Positions 54,269 to 64,000 of a stretch of DNA of 64,000 bases are shown here, piece by piece; positions within the stretch are counted from its first letter, which is position 1; every line of letters begins with the position of its first letter. Origin of the DNA: a virus (taxonomy: Duplodnaviria; Caudoviricetes); IMG/VR virus record IMGVR_UViG_3300037455_000245, positions 32,001-96,000 of that record. One strand, 5' to 3'. The notes under the pieces were generated by a model, which did not search any database, was not told where the DNA came from, and worked only from the letters and a program-made list of their open reading frames with translations. The translations under genes and the position numbers were made by a program.

Positions 54269-55981
54269 TTATTGTATTATATCTTCGAGATCATCATCTT
54301 CATAGCCGCCCTGTCTATCAGATGCTACCTTTTTGGTATAATTAAGAGCGTCTCCCATGTCATTTATCTAAGAGTCTATAAATCCTCTTGAATTTATGGT
54401 TCTGGAAACTGGTATATCGACATATTCTTCTTTTCCTTCTACTAGCTTTCCACTAGTATTTTTCTTACGCAAACTACGCTCTCCTTTTGTAGCCCCAATT
54501 AATCTTAAAGTAGAATCAAGATCTCCACTAAATCCATCCAGATCACTTTTTTTAACTCTTATATAACCATTTATATCCCACACAGATGCGTCTTGAGAAT
54601 AATCCATGGTATTTACACTTATATCATCGTCATTTATAACATACCCTGTTATTCCCTTTTTGACCATGTAATCGTATAGTTTTTTACTTGCACTACCAGA
54701 AGATACTTTTCCGCCTCCATATACATATTGTCTATGAGACGTAAAATTCAATCCAGAGCCAGGCGTGAATGATACTGGTCTTCTCTTTACAATTTCCCAT
54801 TCTGTTGCAGGAACAGGAGATGTAAGTCCAGAGAATAACGCACGAGCGGTATTCATGTCTGCGGTACCTGGGGCCAGTTTAGTCTAAAACGCAGAATAGT
54901 TTCTAGCATATGCATCTCTATCTGATAGGCTTAAACCTTTTTGTCCACCTAGTTCAGAGGGTTTTAGTTTTTCTTTGCCGTTAAGCATTATATTTATTCT
55001 CTATCTTCCCGTCCACCCCATAGCTTGTATCTTTTGTTTCTAAGCTGCAGCAGCTGCCTTCTGTTCGGCTATTTTTAACTTTCGTTCGTTTATAGCAACG
55101 TTCTGTCTTTGTAACCGTAGTGCCTACTCTTTATAATAACTATCGACGCTTTTGCTTAAAGGAGTCATCATCTAGCTATCTGCTGTAACTGCATTTTGTA
55201 CGAAACGCTCGTTAATTTCATCTTCTGTGGGAGTTTTCCCTTCCTGGATTAGTTGTTGTTTAGCAATATTCTTATAATACTCATACATAGGAGTTCCCAT
55301 AAGCCCAGGCAATGCAGATCTCATTGCAGATTCCATGTCTGCTCTAGTAACTCCTGTATATTCGGCTTTTGGATCGTAATCGCTTCCTACACGAGATATA
55401 GCCTCCTCTCTAGAAAGAAGGTGCGGTTTTATATTTACGAAAGACGGATGTACCATCTCTTGTAATGATATAGACTCTATAGGGGACGATCTATCCCATA
55501 TTCTTAACCTGTTTTTGTCATCAGATGTAGAGAAGTCTTGGAAATTTATACCACCGTTATATGCAATATCAAACAACTCTTGAGCTTCACTATACTTGCC
55601 GCGCTTTCTAAGATCCTACATTGCATCTAAATAAGCATAACCAACTTTAGCGTTTTGCTTAGCTGTATTATACCACATAGGATCCATAGAATGACTAAGC
55701 TACTACACTAACATTCTACCCTCTGGACTCTTAAACAAGTCTATACCTCTGGCATACGCATCGTTAATAGTACTACGAATATTATTCATAATACTACCAT
55801 ACTTCTGCATATCTTTAGCAAAAGGACTCATAAAGTCTCCGTATGTCTTATAGAAGTTCTCCATCTATGCCTAGCCTTTATCATACATATCTTTGGCTGC
55901 ATCGATGGCCATCTTCATTACTGCTGTATCGTACAAATCCTTAGTAGGCATTTGTACCCAATCATCATATGCGTATGTCAT
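54269..55981 (-). CDS. ~570-aa putative virion cargo protein, TAG-recoded
   Basis: Fragments 54368 and 55172 are in one frame. ATG 55981 (MTYAYDDW) to TAA 54269. Confidence 0.78.
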
Positions 55982-57750
55982 TATATTCTTACATAATTAC
56001 CGTTTTCGTCCTGGTAGAACAGAGGCCTGTTTCCATAGAGCGACGGTATGTTAAACATTGTTCCCATATTAGCTAGCTTAGCTGCATTATCCTTATACCA
56101 ATTGAGCTAGTCTTTCCTCTGCTTCTGATCAGCTTCATATAAACTCATTGTCCTATTAAACTGATTACGCTTAAACTCGTTTGCTTGGTACTGTTGTGCC
56201 TGAGCAAGCATATTAGCTATTCCGGTCTGTATACCTTTGTTACGTGCAGCATGTGCCTTGCTATAGTAGTCAAGATCCCATCTATTAGCATCCATTCTTG
56301 CTGTTCTAGAAGCCTGTCCTGCATTAATTGCAGTTTGAGCATAATTAGATCTATAAGCGTTGTTCTGCTATTGAATACTAGATAAGAGATTGGCTATATT
56401 CTTTTGGGTTGTGTTGAGATTTGCCATCCTTATAGCATTGCGCTAGCTTCCACTAAGACCGCCTGCAATATCTATGGCTCTATTCTGTCTATATTCAGCA
56501 TCACGAAGCTGTGTTATAATTGGATAAGGATTCATCCTAAGTCCAGCAAGTGTACTAAGGGCCTCATTCTCATAAGGATTGCTTGCATACGTATTGGGAC
56601 GATATGGCTTATTTTTGTACGCCTCGTATATCTGATCTATACTAGCAAGACTTCCTATTGCAGTAGGAATAAGATTACCTAACCATCCTTCGGCATGTCT
56701 CGGAAGTTTTCCGCATTTATAATTTGGTTTAGTGAGCATTTGCATCATTCTTTCAGCTCCGGTTATGTCTCCTGTACGCCAGGCGTAATCGGAGAGACCA
56801 TATTTGTTAGTAATAACAGTATCGCTATCATTAAGTGACGCTAATTTTCCATCTTTATTGTTCTTAATACCGGGAACCCTGTACATTGTTCCTAACCACT
56901 TGTTAGCGATTACTTCTCCGTTTGACACTCTAGCCGTAGCTTCTCCATTTACTTTTCCTACAGCGCTAACAAGACCATCTCTAAGCTTTGGAAGTTTTCC
57001 ATTAGCTGCATATAAAGCTTGATCTTCCATATTGCCATATCGTTTGGCTCCATCTAACTTCAGATATTGAGCGTATGCGTTATCTCTAGCTGCCCACTGT
57101 TGAATGCTTGCATATCTTGCAGCATTCTCAGCTTCACGTTTAGCTTTACCACGACCAAATATAGATGCAAATCCTCTAAACGGATTAGTGAGAAAGTCTT
57201 TACCTGTCGTCTAATCATACTCTTGCATTATCTGGCCTTCGTCTACACCATTCTGTTGAGTATACGTAATACCGTTTATATTCTGTTCAGATGTACCAGC
57301 ATCAGCAAGATGCTCGTCTGCGGACTTTATTCTGTTTATACCTTCAAGAATACCACCGCCTGCCCAGGCTCCCAACGCGAAATACGGACTAATGCCTGCT
57401 GCAGCGGAATCAGATTGTGTAGGACCACCGTTACTTACAAATTTTGCTCTCTACTTCGGATCTACATTTTGTGTTGGTATATTTGGTGTAGCTGTCATCA
57501 TCTTCTACACTCCCGCATTTGCTCCAGAAAAATCAGCCTGCTTCATTGTTGGCATAGTAAGAGGTTTATACGCTCCAGGATTATATTGCGTTGCCTTCTA
57601 CCAACCTCCATACATGTTTGCAACACTGCCGGCAACATTGGCTCCTATACCGCCACCAGCAAATCCTGGGAGTTTTTCTACAGTTTCCGCCGTAGGCTAC
57701 CCGTTATTTATAGCTTTTAATTCTCTATGACTAAATTGTTTTAACTCCAT
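55981..57750 (-). CDS. ~589-aa Gly/Ala/Gln-rich putative cargo protein, TAG-recoded
   Basis: Fragments 56107 and 56443 are in one frame. ATG 57750 to TAA 55981 (TAATG overlap). Repeated KLP motifs. Confidence 0.75.
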
Positions 57751-60700
57751 GACATTCTAAATTTCGTTGTTATATATTGCAATGAGAAGTCAGTGGAGTT
57801 ATAATCCGAAGCTATCTCGCATTGCATTGTTTTTCCTCGCATTCTATTTCCGTACTCTATGTCAGAATCATGCGAACCATTCCTAGGTATACTTAACCTG
57901 TAATCATATTCATCTACACTTATAGCCTTGTTTCCACGTACAACTGCTTTTTGCTTAAGTGGTGTCTCAAACGTAAACGTTAGGTGGTGCATTGGTGAAT
58001 TAAGATGTTCTCCTGTAACATACATTCCATTGCCGTGTAGCATCTTCCAGTTTGCTATAGTTGGTAAACTACCTTTATACATTCTACCGCCAAACGTAAG
58101 ATTATCAAACGTCTTGGTGTATATATTACTCTTATTTACAACTATGCGCACCTTTGGATATATCGGTTCATTAAACAGCTGGGCATAACCAGAAACGTTA
58201 GGTTCGTTCCATACGTAGATACTATCCGTATCTGAAATATATAAGTTGTTCTGCACTATTGTCCTATACAGTGGCGTGAACGTATATACAGAAGAGAATG
58301 CTTGTATTATCTCACTGTATACTAAGGTTTCATTAGAAACAACTTGCGCCAATAACTCTCCGTACTTGGTATCAAATGCTAGTGAAGGATGAGTAGATTC
58401 TTTTCTTTCGTTTATATAGTTAGTACAACCTTTTGTCTTTGTTAGCGGAACGAGTTCCATTCCTCCACTATAAGCAAGAATCTCTTTGTTGTATCCGTCC
58501 CACCAGTATTGTACATAGTTAGATTGAATCTCTGCTTCATATTGCTGAGGCTTCATTCCGTACACTGTAGAGATGTAATCGTATCTAGATAATACGCCAC
58601 CCGCACCGACTATTATATCATTTCCGCTAGTATCGTTTAATACTGTACGTTCGTTTACGCTGAGTATGCCTGTAGCATGTTCTTGCCAGAATAACAGTTT
58701 ATCTTTAAATAGACGCATATTGGTTACCATTCCGTATCTTGTATCAACATCTAGATAATCGTTTTGGTTAAATACCAACCAACTGTCTGTTATCTCGCCG
58801 TTTGTCTTTGGGTTAGAATAGTGTATTCTGCAATCATATTTATTGTCCGACACAGTGCTATAACTTATAGTAGAGTACTGTAGACTATTTGGTTCGTAAC
58901 CGTATGCCGTATTATACATATATGCAGGTTTTGCTTGCGTGTATGTATCTACAACATCTATTTCATCCTGCATATAATAAGATGCGGCAGATCTACCATA
59001 TAAGTCGCCATATGTCGCCGACAGATCTATATCCGATTCGAGCGGTATATAGTATACACACGATTGTCTTACAGGATCAAAATACTGTCCTTCTTGTGTT
59101 ATAAGCGATGCATCATACCAGGCGTGCTGCGCGTTGAATATAAATACACCGGGGTAGCAGTCTCCATCGAACACATCAATGTTTCCAAGTCCTTCTTTAT
59201 AGTATCCGTGTTGTATGTAATTACTATTTGTTATAGTATTTGTTCCGGCATACGGATTTGGTGATCTTCTCATTATGTTTACAACAGGAACTGTCATATT
59301 GAAATCTTCCGAAGATATCTCAGAAAATGGAATATTTTCACTAAGATCGATGAGAACGTACTTTCCCGTGCTACCTACTGGGCTAAATACTGGATAATAT
59401 CTAAACAATCTTTCTAGATTATCGCTTAATTTCATCTCTTGCCAATCATCATCGTCATCTGCCCACTGTTTCTTTACTATCTCTGCTCGTTGGTGATATA
59501 ATGTTGGTATACTCCAATTTATATACTGCTTGGAACCTATATTTACACTACTGTTCTCAAAATTTGGAGATTTATCCGAAATTGCTGTTTTTGAATCTGG
59601 CGACTTTGTAAACGATACGTTGTTTATTGCTACGGTTCCTGTATACTTATCTATCTACCTACCTACTGGGTATATTTTATAAAAAGATAGATTTCTTATA
59701 TCGTGCGTTGATATAATACTGGACGTTTCACTAAACGTACTTGCAGCAGACGCATCTTGTCCAAATTCAAATCCTGTATAATCGTTATATTGGTTTGCTA
59801 TTCTTACAGTCCAATAATTCGATGTATTATCATAATTGTAATTTTCTACCTGATATAAGCTTTCGGTGTGTAAATATAGTCCGGACTCTGGTATCTGAAT
59901 GTGCCATTGATTGTCTTTCTTGTTTACATCTATTCTCCTATTGTATGCAACCTATACGTCGAGTTGTCTATCTGCAAATATATTCTATATATCGTCAGCC
60001 TAATATGTATATTCAGGACATGCAAAAACTAGTGTAGAGTTGTCTGTGTCTGCTTGGCACAACACATAATCACTATGTGTGAACGTACTATCTATTGGAA
60101 ATGTAAACCTATTAGTAGTAATAAGATATGGTGCGCATAATTTGTTGCTCATTTGCATTGCGTCCTCAATCCTATTTCTACTCCACAATCTATATGGAAA
60201 TCCTGCGATACCTTGAACAACGCGAATTTTATCGGAATTTTGTCTAGGAGCTCTTACTATCTCTACACCTATAAATCCATCAGGTAATCTGTTAACTATA
60301 AACCGTATACCAATTTGTATAACTTTGCATATATTTCTTCCATTCTTCTGATATACTGTATACGGAGGTTCTATTGGAGCCATTATATCACATAGCCATT
60401 TTACAGATGATTTCTATCCTTCGTTATTATAGAATATAGCTCCGTATCTATACACCTCGCCTTGTCTGAGAGACGAAATCTGTTCATATATTTGATCACC
60501 AACGATTCCAGAATCAACATCGTAGCTTAAGAATTTTTCATTATTATCATTTATATATACAGCTCGTTCTAATAATTCCCACGATAAATACTCACCGTCG
60601 CCACCTATTTCTGTCTGGTCATTAAACCAACATTGTCTATCGTATTGTTTTATTTTATTATCGTCGAATTGTAAATTATATTCCCTGTATGTTCCGTTTA

Positions 60701-61706
60701 TAGTATCTTTATCCCCACTCGAATATATTCTAAAACCTCCAGCTAAATCCAAAGACTTATCGAGGTCATCCTATTTGTATGTTACATTAGCAGCGAACAA
60801 ATAATCATTCTTTGACTCTATTATAGATGGAACGATAGCCCCTTGCATCATGGCGAGTATGTTATCAAACGAAGACGCTGCTACATTTGTTCCTTTGTCG
60901 GTGTACGAAGCCTAGTATTCTCCATCGTATACAAGATTCACCGAAGGATCCTAACCTACCTATACATATGCTATCCTGAATATTTGGAGTTTATCAAAAT
61001 CTCCTCCAGCATACTGTGGTATGTTTATAACAACCGCCCTGTTCGATATTTTATCGTCTTTCTGATATCCTTTGTCGCCATCATACAATACAATAATATT
61101 ACTAAGAGGAGATAATGTTGTTGCGGCGCCACCCTCTTTGTACATTCTGTATGCATACTATACTTTGACAGGAGGCAGTGTACCACTGTTCTATGACATA
61201 CTGGCTTCTGGTCTACCTAAAGGAGAATCTATAACAGATACTATATCTGTAATATTCTATATTATGCCAGAATCAACATCGTTCAGATTTAAATACATCA
61301 GGTTATGCAAGCCATCTGCTATATAAAGCTTAACGTCGTTGCTATTCTCATACCTCGTAACAAGACTTAGATTTTCAACATTAAACCCCTCTCCACCACT
61401 CGGATCAAATATGAGTTGGAATCTATCGTCGTTGTTTATATCCTTCTTCCATATCTTACTGTCATCAGTAATAACAATGATTGTGTCTCGTATGCTAGTC
61501 ATTGCTTTTATATTACCGCGACTGTATGGGAATTGCTTGGTTCCCTCTATTAACCTAAGTTCACCTGTATTCTCTTCTGTGTTTGTTGCTAATCTTACGT
61601 TCTCCGCATATCTATACTGACTACTATCCATTAAGGCATCAGATACGTCAGTATTCATGCCTTTAACAAAAGTGTTTATTTGTTGTAAATTGTCATTAAT
61701 GTCCAT
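57741..61706 (-). CDS. ~1,321-aa tail stabilisation (muzzle, P22 gp10-like) protein, TAG-recoded
   Basis: Five fragments in one frame. N-terminal NTFVKGMNTD..YRYAENVR, C-terminal RMRGK, and crAss-type gene order. Confidence 0.85.
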
Positions 61707-62640
61707 AATAGTAGTCGTTGTATGTTAGTTGTTCTTTGCCTATATTCTTAAAGAACGTGTCATCTCCATCCCAATCGGGTACTAGTTTATTCCAATCATT
61801 CTTAATATTCTGCATATCGTCTGCAGTAGGCATCATAGCTTCAGCATAAGCCTAATTACGATAGAAGTTCCACTGTTGTTGTGTATAAAAGTATGACTAT
61901 GCGGCATATTTCTGCGAATACTTAGAATTTCCACCAAGAGATCCATTCATAAACTTTGGGAATGTCAACTTCATTACAACATACCAATAGACAGCCTCCT
62001 AGTAAGAAGTAAGATCTGGTATTAATGGATATCCACGTTCGTCTGTAGCTATTGCTTTATACGCTAGTTTTATATACCCTTTCTTTTTGTTCGTCACTAT
62101 CCACCCCGGTTTAATGAAGTACTCTGGTTTCTGATGCACACCTTCTATGTACATCCTGTTAAGATATTTCATAGTATTTAGTGTGTAGAATTGTGATTGT
62201 GACGTATTTAGTTTGTATGCGGCAGGCTGATGTTCATGTATAAACATTGGCTCCACGTCCTCTATCGCTTTGTTTTCAGGATCGTGATCCAGAGGTTGTG
62301 GACCAATTGGCATATGCCGCATTGGCCGTTTAGGCTCTTTAAATATTCCTGTGGTTGTGCTCATTGGCACCCAAGGACCAGTAGGTCTGTCGGAGTAAGC
62401 TACCCCATCTAATACAACCAGATCTGCCGGCATTGGAACTTGATTGTCCTATATTTTGAGTACTGGTACATCGTCTGTACCGGATTCTTTGCTGATATAC
62501 TACATAGGAGCACCAATCTTGTCTACGGCTTCAAAAATCCATTCTCTGATATCAGATATGCGCTACCTGACCTCATTAGAATCTAAATCAGCCATGACCT
62601 TTGCAATGACTGATTCACACTTTGTATAATTGTATATCAT
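61696..62640 (-). CDS. ~314-aa tail tubular / ring protein, TAG-recoded
   Basis: ATG 62640 (MIYNYTKCESVIAKVMADL..EWIFEA) is in frame with fragment 61999-62433. TAA 61696. Sits between the IHF-like and stabilisation genes. Confidence 0.75.
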
Positions 62641-63058
62641 TTATATCTATATAATCCTGTTTGTTAAATATTAGTTGTGCTAACTTTCGTTTGTTTTGAC
62701 GAACAAACCCCAACTGATATTTATATCTGTCTGGGAATGTGCGAGGTATTTTGGACCAGTATAATCTATATTTATACCCGTCCGAATGTTCATTTAAATG
62801 ATATATATGTTTACCATACACGTTGCTAGACTTATAGTCTACAGAAAGAGAGTGTGAATCCAGGTTCTTTGGCCTATATTTACCAACCTATATAAAACCT
62901 AGCCCATAAGGCATTTTAAAGCCTTCTGAGCGGTTTAATACGTATTCTAGTATAACATTACACATCTCATCTAATATGCGCTTGTAGAGCTCATAAGGCA
63001 CCTCTACGGGCATATTCCTATACATATCTCTAAATGTTACGGACTTCTTATTCTTCAT
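62615..63058 (-). CDS. ~147-aa IHF/HU-like protein, TAG-recoded
   Basis: ATG 63058 (MKNKKSVTF). Helices followed by GFKMPYGLGFI*VGK. Gene order typical of crAss-like tail modules. Confidence 0.7.
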
Positions 63059-63779
63059 CGTCCTGTGGTCCGTGTGGTTTTACGCTAGCCAGAGTAGCAT
63101 TGTTACTATCATCGCTAGGCCTATTAAGCATGAACGCAAGTTCATTCTTCATTATTCTTTCTTTTATGTGCGGAACCATCCATGCTGGAATCATTATATC
63201 ATCCTCATCTGGTCCATCTTCGTCTTCTCCGTCGTCAGTATCGTCTTTTACTTCTTGAAGCCACAACACGTATATATACTCGAGCTGCTCTTTATCGGTA
63301 AGCCCCTATACATAAACATGACCGTCATCCCTGTAGTATGCGGTCATCTCTCCAAATGTATACTTTCTCCAGTATTGATAATGTCTCCTAATAGGATCCA
63401 TGTATTGTATATTCTCGCCCTACTGATCACGTACAGCAAGTATACTTTTGCCGTCATTGTCAAGTACATCCTTCAGTGGATCTACGGTTCTCTTTGTAAA
63501 CGTAGGGATCTCAGAATTAGATGGGACAACCTCTAATTTCAATGGACCAGTTTCAATCTTCTTTATAAACTCGTCGTCATTCAGGTCGTCCCATAACAAA
63601 TAATTCTGTTTGGCTAACAATTTCTTTCTGTCGCGCTCTTCTTTCCAGATTTGATTCTTGTAGGCTTTTATCCAAGCGTGGATATGTGCCCTGGAGAAGT
63701 CTTCGCTTTCGCTGATGTTGTTGTTCCTAACAATAAGAAGAATATCGTCTGTAATTGTTCTTAGTGAAATTTTCGCCAT
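63048..63779 (-). CDS. ~243-aa putative neck/tail ring protein, TAG-recoded
   Basis: Fragments 63048 and 63420 are in one frame, starting MAKISLRTITDDILL. Confidence 0.7.
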
Positions 63780-63780
63780 T

Positions 63781-64000
63781 TTATCGCATTTCAATTACTC
63801 TAACGCTGTCTACTTGTATAAGATCGTTTGTATTCTTAGTAGTATATCGTGTCTTATTAACCTTCTTAAAGTCGAATGTAAACAGTCGTTTAATAAAACT
63901 CTTCTTGTTTTTATATTCTCTATGGTTGTATACAAATAGGTATTGTGTATTATGTACATTAAGACCTATGTTTACTGTATCTTTACCAATAGTATATCTA
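63781..64000 (-). CDS. 3' end of a gene truncated by the window edge
   Basis: Open frame ...YKNKKSFIKRLFTFDFKK...DSVRVIEMR-TAA. Confidence 0.65.
   Translation of the reverse strand, partial: RYTIGKDTVNIGLNVHNTQYLFVYNHREYKNKKSFIKRLFTFDFKKVNKTRYTTKNTNDLIQVDSVRVIEMR

Noticed and set aside
29908-63794. Mass pseudogenisation or sequencing errors in the - arm
   Set aside because: The breaks checked are all TAG without frameshifts, and catalytic motifs are intact, which fits recoding.
31178-63939. + strand ORFs in the late arm (and - strand ORFs in the early arm)
   Set aside because: They are antisense shadows of real genes, with S/F/L/I-rich composition.

Overview
A 64 kb piece of a crAss-like phage genome (Crassvirales, probably a Bacteroidota host), made of two convergent arms that meet at a bidirectional terminator near 29.7 kb. 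The + arm (1-29.76 kb) holds early and replication genes in the standard code, with several genes stopping at TAG. It encodes many small proteins, a lipoprotein, an ECF sigma factor, a family B DNA polymerase, a DnaB-like helicase, a Sak4-like ATPase, an SSB, a primase and two PD-(D/E)XK nucleases. The - arm (29.79-64 kb) holds late and virion genes that look shattered because TAG is read as a sense codon, most likely Gln. Re-read that way it gives a ~5,730-aa virion RNA polymerase protein, a ~2,420-aa cargo protein with zincin and ART-like motifs, two more cargo proteins, tail stabilisation, tubular and ring proteins, and an IHF-like protein. The least expected content is a dense non-coding RNA layer on the + arm: a circularly permuted two-piece tmRNA with G3-U70 and the tag DNINIVDYTGLKEAA, tRNA-Gln(TTG), tRNA(CAT), a hammerhead ribozyme, a tRNA-like RNA with a ~115-nt structured insert in place of the anticodon loop, several acceptor+T-arm minihelices, a GTGCC-repeat RNA, GTGA-tetraloop modules preceded by antisense copies of gene starts, and a ~2.1 kb ORF-free structured region. 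I found no amber suppressor tRNA in this window. All structures and joined reading frames were worked out by eye, and gaps between ORF fragments were only spot-checked.
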